Source: an uncultured Gammaproteobacteria bacterium | Lineage (GTDB): Bacteria > Patescibacteriota > Microgenomatia > Daviesbacterales > UBA10151 | Direction: 5' to 3' | NCBI GenBank assembly: GCA_964500725.1 | Contig: CAZCNP010000002.1 | Location: 197,347-261,346, forward strand | Length of the DNA stretch: 64,000 bases | Shown: positions 31,059 through 40,515 of the stretch, piece after piece | Numbering within the stretch: the stretch's first letter is position 1 | Layout: each line of letters starts with the position of its first letter | Notes under the pieces: generated by a model | Seen by the model: the letters and a program-made list of their open reading frames with translations, nothing else | What the model was told of the DNA's origin: nothing | Databases searched by the model: none | Position numbers and translations under genes: made by a program

Positions 31059-32594
31059 ATGCCATCTGTAAATTCTTTGAAGAACCTTCTATTTTCTAGC
31101 AATAAATTTCATTTTCTTGTTGTTTTTTGTATTACAATATTTTTTATTTACCAAGGTAGTTATTTTAGATGGCTGGGATACGAAAGAATTCCTAAGCCAA
31201 TGTTAGATGAATTTGATTATGTTTGGCTTGGACAAAGTGTGAAGGAAACAGGCCTACCTATTGCTTGGACAACATATGATTATCTATATAGAGGTTCGAA
31301 ACTGAACTCTATGCTGGGTGGACTTCAAGGTTTTAGGATGGAGCTTCAAAATCAAGAAGTCAGTATGAGTAAGATACGAGAAATCGGTAGACCTATGTAT
31401 GCAATTAAAGAAATTGATTGGGGAGATGGAGTCAAACATTTATTCTTCGTTGCTCCTTTCTTTGAACATTCACCAGTGGGAGGTTTGATATTTAGTTCAA
31501 TGATAAATAATAAAGTTAAAGATCATTCAGAAGTTAAACCTGAGGATTTTAGAAAGCCTGCTTTAGGTATTGCTATCTTAAATAGCATTTTACTTTTTAT
31601 CTTAATTTATATGGTTTCTAGGCAATATTGGATATCATTGCTTAGTATAGTTATTTATTCTACGGTTCCAACTTACATTTTAGCTAGTAGAACTGCCTTT
31701 CTTGAAAACGCGGTTACGCCGTTCATTCTTGCGCATTTAATTTTATTATCATTAGTATCAAATATGATAAATACCAGTGCTTCTAAAAGGAGTTATTGGT
31801 TAATCTTTCTATGTGGAATAATTGGTGGTTTAGCAGTTCTTGCTAAGGAATCCGCAGCAGGTTTTTTAGTAGGTAGTTTAATTTTACTTTTAATCCAAAA
31901 GGTGTCCAAGAAGTTAGTTTTTACCTTTTTAATTGGGATAGCTACTCCATTGTTGGTATATATTTCTTGGGGGTTATGGATAAATTATAGGGTTTTTATA
32001 GAAATTTTCTTTGCCAACATTGATCGTCCCTTTTTTGGATCGCTAAAGATTGCTTCGATGCTTTCTGCATTGCGGTTTACAGATTTTCCGATTGATGGAT
32101 GGTGGACGTGGGGGTTTATTTCTTTGATTATAGTAGGATTAAATTTTGATAAAAAGTATTTACCAGTAATGATTCCATTTTTGGGTCACTTTTTTCTTAT
32201 TATTTTTTTAAGTAGCTTAAATTACCCTTGGTATTATATTTCTATGATTCCATTTTTTGCTTTTTTTTCAGCCCTAGCCTTATGGCAGATTTATAAAAAC
32301 CCTAACCTTGTAACATCTTTGGTGTTCTTCTTGGTTCCATTATCAAGTAGTTTCTATTGGGGATATGATGTTTTCCGTTCTAGCAGTGTTGGTCAGTATA
32401 GAATTTTATTCGGTGTTTTTATATTCCTTGTTTTTTTAAGGATTAAATATGGTAGTTATAAATATATTCGCTTTTTATGGACAGTCTTTTTTGTGGTGTT
32501 GATTTATCAGATTTCAAAATGGAATCTTCAATCCATGAGTTTCATTATTGATCATTGGGGAAAGCTTCCTCTTCCTAGTCTGTCTAACTTTTAG
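31059..32594 (+). CDS. GT39/PMT_2-like membrane glycosyltransferase
   Basis: LDEFDYVW, FEHSP, SRTAFLEN, YPWY; polytopic. Confidence 0.68.
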   Translation: MPSVNSLKNLLFSSNKFHFLVVFCITIFFIYQGSYFRWLGYERIPKPMLDEFDYVWLGQSVKETGLPIAWTTYDYLYRGSKLNSMLGGLQGFRMELQNQEVSMSKIREIGRPMYAIKEIDWGDGVKHLFFVAPFFEHSPVGGLIFSSMINNKVKDHSEVKPEDFRKPALGIAILNSILLFILIYMVSRQYWISLLSIVIYSTVPTYILASRTAFLENAVTPFILAHLILLSLVSNMINTSASKRSYWLIFLCGIIGGLAVLAKESAAGFLVGSLILLLIQKVSKKLVFTFLIGIATPLLVYISWGLWINYRVFIEIFFANIDRPFFGSLKIASMLSALRFTDFPIDGWWTWGFISLIIVGLNFDKKYLPVMIPFLGHFFLIIFLSSLNYPWYYISMIPFFAFFSALALWQIYKNPNLVTSLVFFLVPLSSSFYWGYDVFRSSSVGQYRILFGVFIFLVFLRIKYGSYKYIRFLWTVFFVVLIYQISKWNLQSMSFIIDHWGKLPLPSLSNF

Positions 32595-32628
32595 CCCAGA
32601 ATTTATATAACTATGATAAACTCCCATT

Positions 32629-33276
32629 ATGCAAGGGATTAAGGTTGAGGGGATAATTTTAAAAAGAAGGAATTTAGGGGAAACAGACAGGATTCTAACA
32701 GTTTTTTCCTACCAAAAAGGGAAAATCACAGTTTTAGCAAAAGGGGTGAGGAAAATTACCTCCAGAAGAGCTGGGAATGTTGAACTTTTAAACAGAGGTT
32801 TATTATATTTGCACCAGGGTAAAAACTTCTATATTTTAACTGAGGCTCAATCAATAGCTACATACCAAAAGTTAAAAGAAAACTTGGGTTTATCAACTTA
32901 TGCATTACATATTATAGAACTGGTAGATAAATTAACAGCTGAGAACCAGGAAAATAGAATTTTGTATGAGAATTTAGTATTTGTGCTGCAGAAGTTATCT
33001 TCAAATCCAAGACAGATTTTTATTAGGGCATTTGAAGCTAGGATTTTATCTTTGCTGGGGTTTGTCAATTTTGGGGAGGGATTACATTTAGAAGGAGTAA
33101 GCGAGAGGACCAAAGAGCTTTTAGGAAACTTGGAAAGTTTGTCATGGGATCAGATAGAAAAGCTCCAGATAGAGGAAAAAGAGGCTCTGGAACTTGAAAG
33201 GGTGTTAAGATATCATATAGAAAGAGTGATTGAGGGTCAGCTTAAGAGTAGGCAGTTGTTAAAGAAATATGGATAA
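32629..33276 (+). CDS. recO: DNA repair protein RecO
   Basis: GIILKRRNLGETDRILTVFS...GKITVLAKGVRK N-terminal OB fold; adjacent to glyQS. Confidence 0.92.
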   Translation: MQGIKVEGIILKRRNLGETDRILTVFSYQKGKITVLAKGVRKITSRRAGNVELLNRGLLYLHQGKNFYILTEAQSIATYQKLKENLGLSTYALHIIELVDKLTAENQENRILYENLVFVLQKLSSNPRQIFIRAFEARILSLLGFVNFGEGLHLEGVSERTKELLGNLESLSWDQIEKLQIEEKEALELERVLRYHIERVIEGQLKSRQLLKKYG

Positions 33277-34612
33277 TAATTTAATAGACGTGGACTATAA
33301 TTCTGATCGGATTATGGAAAAAATAGTAGCTTTATGCAAAAGAAGAGGATTTGTGTTTCCTGGATCTGAGATCTATGGAGGACTTTCAAATTCTTGGGAC
33401 TATGGTCCTTTGGGAGTAGAGCTTAAAAATAATATTAAAAAAGCCTGGTGGAAAAGGTTTGTGCAAAAAAGAGAAGATATAGTAGGAATTGATGCAGCTT
33501 TGATAATGAACCCTAAAGTTTGGGAAGCATCAGGACATATTGCCAATTTTCAGGATCCTTTGGTGGAATGTAAAAACTGCCACAGCCGTTTTAGGGCAGA
33601 CCATATTAAAGATAACAAATGTCCAAATTGTGGAGCAGAAAATTCCTTTACAACAGAGAGGATGTTTAATTTAATGTTTAAAACATTTATTGGTCCAGCT
33701 GAGCAATCTTCTAATACAGCTTATTTTAGACCAGAAACAGCTCAGGCTATGTTTGTGGATTTTAGAAATGTGCTAGATACCAGCAGAATAAGGCTTCCTT
33801 TTGGAATTGCCCAAATTGGTAAAGCTTTCAGAAATGAAATTACCCCAGGCAATTTTATTTTTAGAACCAGGGAGTTTGAGCAGATGGAAATAGAATACTT
33901 TATTCCTGTTCCTAAAACTGATGCGGACTGGCAGCAAGTTTTTGAGCATTGGAGAAAAGAAATTTTAGCTTGGATCAAAGATGATTTAGGGGTAGATACC
34001 TCTAAAGTTTCTGAACATGAAATAGAAGAGGGTGAAAGGGCCCATTATTCTAAAAGAACAATTGATTTTGAATATGAATTTCCTTTTGGTGTTTCTGAAC
34101 TTTATGGACTGGCATATAGGACTGATTTTGATTTAAAAAATCATGAAAAGTTCTCTGGGCAAAATTTAAAGTATAGAGATCCAGAGTCTGGTGAGGAGTT
34201 TATACCACATGTAATAGAGCCTACATGGGGAGTAGACAGGTCGGTATTGGTTACTTTAATAGATGCTTACTGCGAAAATGAGGGCAGAGTAGTTTTAAAG
34301 CTTAAACCAAAGCTTGCTCCATATAAAGCAGCTGTTTTTCCACTGCTGGCTAATAAACCTGAGCTGGTTGAGAAAGCAAGAAAGATTTATCTTGACCTAA
34401 AGGAAGATTTCATGATAGCCTGGGATGACAGGGGTAATATTGGCAAAAGGTATGCCGCCCAAGATGAGATTGGTACCCCATTTTGTATAACAGTTGATTT
34501 TCAGAGCTTGGAAGATGAGGCTGTAACAGTCAGAGATAGAGACAGCGCTAAGCAGGAAAGAGTAAAGATAGTTGAGTTAAAAGATTACCTGCAAAAAAAG
34601 ATACATGGATAA
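33269..34612 (+). CDS. glyQS: Glycine--tRNA ligase, alpha2 (homodimeric) type
   Basis: LCKRRGFVF, YGPLG, RPETAQ, GKAFRNEITP, FRTREFEQME, IGKRYAAQDEIGTP. Confidence 0.97.
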   Translation: MDNNLIDVDYNSDRIMEKIVALCKRRGFVFPGSEIYGGLSNSWDYGPLGVELKNNIKKAWWKRFVQKREDIVGIDAALIMNPKVWEASGHIANFQDPLVECKNCHSRFRADHIKDNKCPNCGAENSFTTERMFNLMFKTFIGPAEQSSNTAYFRPETAQAMFVDFRNVLDTSRIRLPFGIAQIGKAFRNEITPGNFIFRTREFEQMEIEYFIPVPKTDADWQQVFEHWRKEILAWIKDDLGVDTSKVSEHEIEEGERAHYSKRTIDFEYEFPFGVSELYGLAYRTDFDLKNHEKFSGQNLKYRDPESGEEFIPHVIEPTWGVDRSVLVTLIDAYCENEGRVVLKLKPKLAPYKAAVFPLLANKPELVEKARKIYLDLKEDFMIAWDDRGNIGKRYAAQDEIGTPFCITVDFQSLEDEAVTVRDRDSAKQERVKIVELKDYLQKKIHG

Positions 34613-35528
34613 GATAAAAGGTTTTATTTTCCGAAGGAAAACAGTCCAACGGTTTATTACTGCTCATAAAACTTTAAGTTTGGTTGTGATAGTTGGGTTA
34701 GTGGTGATTTTAGGTTACTTAGGGGTACAAAAACTCACTGCCAAACCAGAAGGCCCAGCAGAAGAGATAGATTTGGCTTTTGATGCAGAAGGTCCATATG
34801 CTCAGTTATTCCCCAGAAGAGATGGCAATGCTTTAGTATTAAACCTCAAAAGGACTAGTTCCTATGGCAGTATTTCCTATGAGCTGGCTTATACCAGCAC
34901 TCCTGATGAGACAGTAGTTGAGGGCAGAAAAATTCTAGATGAAGGAGAGGGAGGAAGTGATGTTGGATCAATAGATAGAGGAGTAGTGGGAACTATTGAT
35001 ACTAAAGAAAAGAAGGGTGAGTATGAGCAGGAGATTTTATTTGGCAGCTGCAGCAAGAATGTTTGCAAGTATGATAAAGGTGTTGAAAATGGGACTTTAA
35101 CTTTAAAGATCCAAAAGGGAAATAAAATTTACAGGATGGTTACCCAGTGGCATTTGCAAAAACCAGATGTGGCTTTAGGAAGTTTAACATCCGGAGATGG
35201 GCATCTACTCTATAAGGTAGATGGGGATAGACAAACTTTAGCTAATATTGGTTTTACTATTATTAATGATTTAACAGGATTGCCAAAATTGCCTTCAGGA
35301 AAGGAAGTTACAGGAAAGGTTTATTCTTTAAATGTTCCAATTGCTAAGGAGTTGTCTAAAGGTGAGGTTAGTTTAGAGTTGGCAGAAAATCCAAAAGCTG
35401 GATCAAAACTTTATAGGTTTAATGGAAATAAAGGTGAGTGGCAGGAGTTGGATACAAAGATTGAGGGAAGTAAGTTATCTGCTAAAGCAGAAGGTGCTGG
35501 GATATTTACTGTTTTAACTTCTAAGTAG
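34605..35528 (+). CDS. Hypothetical single-TM exported protein
   Basis: 307 aa, one N-terminal TM helix, beta-rich remainder, GSCSKNVCKYD motif. Confidence 0.75.
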   Translation: MDKIKGFIFRRKTVQRFITAHKTLSLVVIVGLVVILGYLGVQKLTAKPEGPAEEIDLAFDAEGPYAQLFPRRDGNALVLNLKRTSSYGSISYELAYTSTPDETVVEGRKILDEGEGGSDVGSIDRGVVGTIDTKEKKGEYEQEILFGSCSKNVCKYDKGVENGTLTLKIQKGNKIYRMVTQWHLQKPDVALGSLTSGDGHLLYKVDGDRQTLANIGFTIINDLTGLPKLPSGKEVTGKVYSLNVPIAKELSKGEVSLELAENPKAGSKLYRFNGNKGEWQELDTKIEGSKLSAKAEGAGIFTVLTSK

Positions 35529-35539
35529 TTTCCTTAATG

Positions 35540-35626
35540 GTGGCTCGTTGGTGTACAAAAAACCGCTCGCACGGTAGAAACTTGCTCACTTGGTGATAAT
35601 TTTTTGTTTACACTCAACTTCGCCAC
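35540..35626 (+). repeat. Structured intergenic element, copy 1 (short form)
   Basis: GTGGC-TC-GTTG-GTGTACAAAAAA...TTTTTTGTTTACAC-T-CAAC-TTC-GCCAC; shares CGCTCGCAC and TTGCTC(A/G)CTTG with copies 2 and 3. Confidence 0.85.
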
Positions 35627-35654
35627 TCGATTTTGTAATCCAGTATTTTCCCAC

Positions 35655-35697
35655 TTGACAAATATATTCAAAATGGTTGAAAATGAGAATAGATGGT
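35655..35697 (+). promoter_or_regulatory. dcw/mraZ promoter with putative MraZ boxes
   Basis: TTGACA at 35655-35660 and a GAAAAT -10-like hexamer at 35679-35684. ATGGT/ATGAG/ATGGT at 35673/35683/35693 have an exact 10-bp period. Confidence 0.6.
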
Positions 35698-35714
35698 GAA
35701 TCTGCCCAAAGTAT

Positions 35715-36128
35715 ATGTTTCTGGGCAGCTTCAAAACATTTTTCAGCGGGAAGAATAGGTTAATTTTACCAAAGAGATTTAGACGTGAATTAGGTAGTGA
35801 AGAGAGATTTTACATACTTTTGGGGGAAAATGGGGAAATTTGGGGATTTGATTCAAAGAATTGGTCTAGTTTGGCAGAAAGCATCTTAAAATTCCCTCTT
35901 TCCAGTGAGGAAGGAAGGGTAAAAAGATTAAAGCTTTTCCCCAAGGCAGAGGAATGTTTCCTGGATGTCCAGGGAAGATTTATCTTGCCACAGGAGTTTA
36001 TTGAGAAATTGGATTTTAAGAATGAGGTATTAATAGTTGGGGCAGGGGATCATTTTGAGATTTGGAATATAAATCTTTGGGAAGAGCATCTAAAGAAGGT
36101 TGAGAAAGAGTATGCAAGGCTATCATAA
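35715..36128 (+). CDS. mraZ: Transcriptional regulator MraZ
   Basis: MFLGSF...KNRLILPKRFR, LDVQGRFILP, VGAGDHFEIW; first gene of the dcw cluster. Confidence 0.93.
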   Translation: MFLGSFKTFFSGKNRLILPKRFRRELGSEERFYILLGENGEIWGFDSKNWSSLAESILKFPLSSEEGRVKRLKLFPKAEECFLDVQGRFILPQEFIEKLDFKNEVLIVGAGDHFEIWNINLWEEHLKKVEKEYARLS

Positions 36129-37002
36129 AAGTGTTCTTTTAAAGGAGGCTTTGGAAGCGCTCAATATCCGAGATGCTTATTGGTATTTAGATTGTACCTT
36201 AGGCGACGGAGGGCATTCGATAGAGATTATCAAGCGGGGCGGCAGAGTAGTTGCATTTGATGTAGACCCGCAAGCCTTAGGCAGAGCGCAAAAAAGGTTT
36301 GAAGAGCAGGGAATTGACCAAAGTAAGTTTAGGTTAGTTCAGGGAAATTTTAGAGACATTGAAAATTTAATAAAGCAGGCGGACACTGCAGATCAAGAAT
36401 TTAAAGGTGTAATTTTTGATCTTGGGGTTTCCAGTTTGCAACTTGAAACCCCTGAGAGGGGTTTTTCTTTTGGCAAAAATGGCCCATTGGATATGAGAAT
36501 GGATCCAAGTTTGAGTATTCAAGCTTTGGATCTTGTTAATAATTTATCTAGAAAGGAGTTAAATGAATTATTTTTTAGCTTGGGTGAAGAGAAATATTCT
36601 TGGCGCTTGGCTGATGTTATGGTCAGCTCCCGTCAGGTAAAGCCTTTTACCAGCACAGTAGAGCTGGCTGATGTAATTACTAAAACACTAGGAGGTGTTC
36701 GAGGAAAAATCCATCCAGCCACCAAGGTATTTCAGGCTTTAAGGATGATGGTAAATGATGAGTTGGGTGCTTTGCAGGAAGGGTTAGATCAAGTAAGAGA
36801 GGTTATAAAAAGAGATGGCAGGATTGTGGTTATTAGCTTTCATTCACTGGAGGACAGGATCGTTAAAAATACTTTTAAAAAGTGGAAACTTGAGGGATTG
36901 GGTGAAATATTAACTGAAAAACCTGTGCTGCCAACTGAGGAGGAAATAAGGGAAAATCCTAGATCAAGGTCAGCAAAAATGAGGGTATTTAAGAAAGGAT
37001 GA
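36112..37002 (+). CDS. rsmH: 16S rRNA m4C1402 methyltransferase RsmH (MraW)
   Basis: HKSVLL, DCTLGDGGHS, DLGVSSLQL, RGFSF, PLDMRM, HPATKVFQALR, ISFHSLEDR, NPRSRSAKMR. Confidence 0.97.
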   Translation: MQGYHKSVLLKEALEALNIRDAYWYLDCTLGDGGHSIEIIKRGGRVVAFDVDPQALGRAQKRFEEQGIDQSKFRLVQGNFRDIENLIKQADTADQEFKGVIFDLGVSSLQLETPERGFSFGKNGPLDMRMDPSLSIQALDLVNNLSRKELNELFFSLGEEKYSWRLADVMVSSRQVKPFTSTVELADVITKTLGGVRGKIHPATKVFQALRMMVNDELGALQEGLDQVREVIKRDGRIVVISFHSLEDRIVKNTFKKWKLEGLGEILTEKPVLPTEEEIRENPRSRSAKMRVFKKG

Positions 37003-37060
37003 CTATTATATCAGCAGGTCCGCACTCCTAAGTCGTGCAGGCTCCTCTGATGTAATTGTC
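37001..37060. repeat. Intergenic hairpin containing a palindrome related to the tRNA D-loop insert
   Basis: GACTATTATATCAG...CTGATGTAATTGTC arms. The core GTCCGCACT-cctaag-TCGTGCAGG (37018-37041) is the reverse complement of CCTGCACGA-AGTGCGGAC (56555-56572) plus 6 nt. Confidence 0.7.
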
Positions 37061-37072
37061 AAGCTAATCGCT

Positions 37073-37369
37073 ATGACAATTATAAAAAAGTTTGATACAC
37101 AACAACCGCAAAAAGGATTTGGGAAAAAATATATTGGGCTGATTGCAGCTATTCTTTTTGTGCTGATGTTAATGCAGATATGGGTTAATAATTCTGTGGT
37201 GGAGTATGGTGAAAAGCTGCAAAAGTTATCTTCTTTATCCAAAACTTTAAGCATGGAAAACCAGATTTTGGAAAATGAGATAGCAAAGGAGCAGTCTTTG
37301 GCTAATGTGGCCTCCAAAAGCGCTGAGCTTGGTTTTTTCCAGCCAGAGAGTATACAATATATTCGCTAA
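37073..37369 (+). CDS. ftsL: Cell division protein FtsL-like
   Basis: 98 aa, one TM helix plus coiled coil, ELGF near the C-terminus; lies between rsmH and ftsI. Confidence 0.7.
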   Translation: MTIIKKFDTQQPQKGFGKKYIGLIAAILFVLMLMQIWVNNSVVEYGEKLQKLSSLSKTLSMENQILENEIAKEQSLANVASKSAELGFFQPESIQYIR

Positions 37370-37371
37370 CA

Positions 37372-39069
37372 ATGCGACTTGTTTGTATCAAAATATTTTT
37401 CCTAGTTTTTTTTGCAGCTATTTTAATGAGGTTGTTTTATTGGCAGGTTGTTAAGGCTGATTATTTACAATCCCAAGCAGAAGGCCAATATTTTACCAGA
37501 ACAAAAATAGATGCTACCCGAGGAAATATCTATTTTTCAGATGGATCAATTTTAGTTTCTTCCAACCCAGTTTTTTCTTTATATGGTTTGCCTAAAGCTA
37601 TTAAGGCAGATAAAAAAGTGGATATAGGTTATACCCTAGCTAGGATCCTTTATCCTGAGGTTCAGGACCGTGATGATTTTGCCAGAGATTTAATAAACAA
37701 ATTATCACAAGACCTTTACTGGGTTCAGCTGGCTAAAAATGTTTCTATAGAACAGAAAAAGCAAATTGAGGATTTAAATTTGTATGGAGTTGGTTTTGAT
37801 CAAAGTAGAAGTAGGTTTTATCCTGAAGGGTCATCATCAGCTCATTTACTGGGGTTTTTAGGTTCAGATGCTAATGGGGCAGGCAAAGGTTATTTTGGAT
37901 TGGAAGGATATTATGACGGTGAATTAAGAGGTATATCTGGGGTTTTAAGGCATGAAAAAGATGCTATGGGACTACCTATTTTAATAGGTGATTTTTTAAC
38001 CAACAAGGCGAGAAATGGAAAAGATTTAAGTTTGTATATTGATCGTTCGATTCAGTTTATAGCGGAAAAAAGTTTGAAGCTTGGAATGGAAAAGTATGGG
38101 GCCAAAAAGGGATTGGTGTTGGTGATGGATCCTAAAACTGGAGGGATTTTGGCACTCTCAGCATTTCCCAGTTATGACCCTGCAAAATTTTATGATTTTC
38201 CAAAAGAGTTTTATAAAAACATAGCTGTTGCAGACCAATATGAGCCAGGATCAACCTTTAAGGTGCTGGTAATGGCAGCTGCTTTAAATGAGGGTGTTGT
38301 CAAATCAGATACCAAATGTGATATTTGTTCAGGACCTGTTGTGTCCTCTGGGTTTACCATCAGAACTTGGAATAATAAGTATTACCCTGATGCGACCATG
38401 AAGGATGCAATAGTGCATTCTGATAATACGGGGATGGTTTATGCAGGCAGGAAGTTAGGTTTGGATAAATTTTATTCATATTTGGAGGATTTTGGATTTG
38501 GGCAGCCAACAAATATTGATTTGCAGGATGAGTCTTCACCAGAAATCCGATCTAAAGATAGCTGGAGGGAGATAGATTTGGCAACAGCATCTTTTGGACA
38601 GGGAATTGCGGTGACCCCAATTCAGATGATTACAGCAATTTCTGCAATAGCCAATGGGGGAAATTTGATGCAGCCTCAAATAGTCAAAGAAATAAAAGAT
38701 GATCAAAAAACTTATCAAATCAAACCCAGGATTATAAGCCAGGTGATAAAAGAGGCAACAGCATTACAAATAAAAGAGATGATGGTAGCAGCAGTGGATG
38801 AGGGGGAAGCCAAGTTTGCAAAACCTAAGGGGTTTAGGATTGCTGGTAAAACTGGAACTGCACAGATTCCTGTTGCAGGGCATTATGATCCTAATAAAAC
38901 TATAGCCTCATTTGTGGGGTTTGCTCCAGCTGATGATCCTAAGTTTGTGATGTTAGTAAGGTATGATGAGCCGTCATCATCTATCTTTGGAGCTGAAACA
39001 GCAGCGCCTACATTTTTTGAAATAGCAAAACAACTTTTACTTTATTACAAAATTGTTCCAACAGAGTAA
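37372..39069 (+). CDS. ftsI: Class B penicillin-binding protein (FtsI/PBP3-like)
   Basis: RGNI, RFYPEG, GLEGYYD, EPGSTFK (SxxK), HSDN (SxN), GKTGTAQ. Confidence 0.93.
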   Translation: MRLVCIKIFFLVFFAAILMRLFYWQVVKADYLQSQAEGQYFTRTKIDATRGNIYFSDGSILVSSNPVFSLYGLPKAIKADKKVDIGYTLARILYPEVQDRDDFARDLINKLSQDLYWVQLAKNVSIEQKKQIEDLNLYGVGFDQSRSRFYPEGSSSAHLLGFLGSDANGAGKGYFGLEGYYDGELRGISGVLRHEKDAMGLPILIGDFLTNKARNGKDLSLYIDRSIQFIAEKSLKLGMEKYGAKKGLVLVMDPKTGGILALSAFPSYDPAKFYDFPKEFYKNIAVADQYEPGSTFKVLVMAAALNEGVVKSDTKCDICSGPVVSSGFTIRTWNNKYYPDATMKDAIVHSDNTGMVYAGRKLGLDKFYSYLEDFGFGQPTNIDLQDESSPEIRSKDSWREIDLATASFGQGIAVTPIQMITAISAIANGGNLMQPQIVKEIKDDQKTYQIKPRIISQVIKEATALQIKEMMVAAVDEGEAKFAKPKGFRIAGKTGTAQIPVAGHYDPNKTIASFVGFAPADDPKFVMLVRYDEPSSSIFGAETAAPTFFEIAKQLLLYYKIVPTE

Positions 39070-39130
39070 TTGTTAGATTAATATTATTTGTAAATTGGGG
39101 TATGTTAGTTATAATAAACCTCACTAAGTT

Positions 39131-40318
39131 ATGAAAAAATTAATTAAAAATATTCTTTCTCAGGAATTTATTAACAACTTTTATCATCTTCCAAAGGCTG
39201 TTTTGGCAAATATTATCTATGGCTCCCCTACCAGGGGAATGAAGGTTGTGGGGGTAACAGGAACTGATGGAAAAACTACCACAACTAATATGATTTATGA
39301 GGTTTTAAAAGCTGCTGGTAAAAAGGTTTCTATGGTTTCTACAGTTAATGCTGTTGTTGGAGGAAAAGCTTTTGATACAGGGTTTCATGTGACCTCTCCT
39401 GATCCATTTGCTGTGCAAAAGTTTGCCAAACTTGCTAAAGAGAGCAATGCTGAGTATTTGGTGCTGGAGGCAACTTCTCATGCTTTGGACCAGTATAGAT
39501 TTTGGGGAATAAAATTTGATATGGGGGTAATTACTAATATTACTCATGAGCATTTGGATTATCATAAAACTTTTGACAATTACCAAAAGATCAAACTTAC
39601 TCTTATTAAAGAAACAGAGTTTGCTATTGTAAATCAAAACATCAAAGGAATTAAAAGAAAAACTATCACATTTGGTTTAGAAAAAGGAGATTTTAACCAA
39701 AAAGAAATTAAATTAAAGCTTAAAGTTTTGGGTGATTACAATATTGAAAATGCTTTGGCAGCTTTAGCTGTAGCTTTTGCTTTAGGGATTAATAAAACAG
39801 TGGCCCAAAGGGCTCTGGAAAATTTTGGAGGAGTAAAAGGAAGGATGGAGGAGGTTAAAAATACTAAAGGGATAAAAATTATAGTAGATTTTGCTCATAC
39901 CCCAAATGCTTTAGAAAATGTTTTAAAAACTTTAAGCAAAGAAACAGCAGGGAGGTTAATTGCTGTGTTTGGGTCTGCGGGAAAAAGGGATGTGGAAAAA
40001 AGAGAGCTTATGGGGGCAATTGCTGGGAAGTTGGCTGATTTAATAGTAGTTACAGCAGAGGATCCAAGGGGGGAGCTAGAAATTATTAATAAACAAATTA
40101 TTAAAGGGGTGGAAAAGAGTGGGAAAAATTTGGGAAGAAGTTTGTTTGTAGAAGCAGACAGAGGTAAGGCAATTAATTTTGCAGTAAATGAATTGGCAAG
40201 AAAAGGGGATACTGTAGGAATTTTTGGTAAAGGACATGAGGGGTCTATGAATTTAGATGGAAAGAAGGAGATTCCATGGTCGGATGTAGATGTTGTTAAG
40301 CAAATATTAGACAACTAG
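39131..40318 (+). CDS. murE: Mur ligase MurE
   Basis: GVTGTDGKTTT, LEATSHALDQ, TNITHEHLDYH, VDFAHTP, EDPR, GKGHE. Confidence 0.9.
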   Translation: MKKLIKNILSQEFINNFYHLPKAVLANIIYGSPTRGMKVVGVTGTDGKTTTTNMIYEVLKAAGKKVSMVSTVNAVVGGKAFDTGFHVTSPDPFAVQKFAKLAKESNAEYLVLEATSHALDQYRFWGIKFDMGVITNITHEHLDYHKTFDNYQKIKLTLIKETEFAIVNQNIKGIKRKTITFGLEKGDFNQKEIKLKLKVLGDYNIENALAALAVAFALGINKTVAQRALENFGGVKGRMEEVKNTKGIKIIVDFAHTPNALENVLKTLSKETAGRLIAVFGSAGKRDVEKRELMGAIAGKLADLIVVTAEDPRGELEIINKQIIKGVEKSGKNLGRSLFVEADRGKAINFAVNELARKGDTVGIFGKGHEGSMNLDGKKEIPWSDVDVVKQILDN

Positions 40319-40491
40319 CCACAGTACAAAAAATCGCTCGCACTATAAGCAGAGCTTTCCTTTTTGGCTTCGCCAAAAACGTAGAGATTTGCTCGCTTGG
40401 TGGCAATTTTGTCATATAGAATAAACTCGATTCATTGAGTTTGCTGATACAAAATTGTCAACATTTTTTGTTTACTTGTGGCTTCGTTGTC
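40310..40491 (+). repeat. Structured intergenic element, copy 2 (long form)
   Basis: GACAAC-TA-GCCACA-GTACAAAAAAT...ATTTTTTGTTTAC-T-TGTGGC-TTC-GTTGTC; internal CTCGATTCATTGAG hairpin; extra TTTTTGGC-TTC-GCCAAAAA hairpin. Confidence 0.85.
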
Positions 40492-40515
40492 CGTTATCGT
40501 GTAACTTGATTAAAT

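Noticed and set aside
35534-35734. 66-aa minus-strand ORF
   Set aside because: Overlaps the structured repeat and the mraZ promoter; no coding evidence.
37006-37317. 103-aa minus-strand ORF opposite ftsL, and the other short antisense or out-of-frame ORFs inside annotated genes
   Set aside because: They overlap well-supported genes and show no independent signals.
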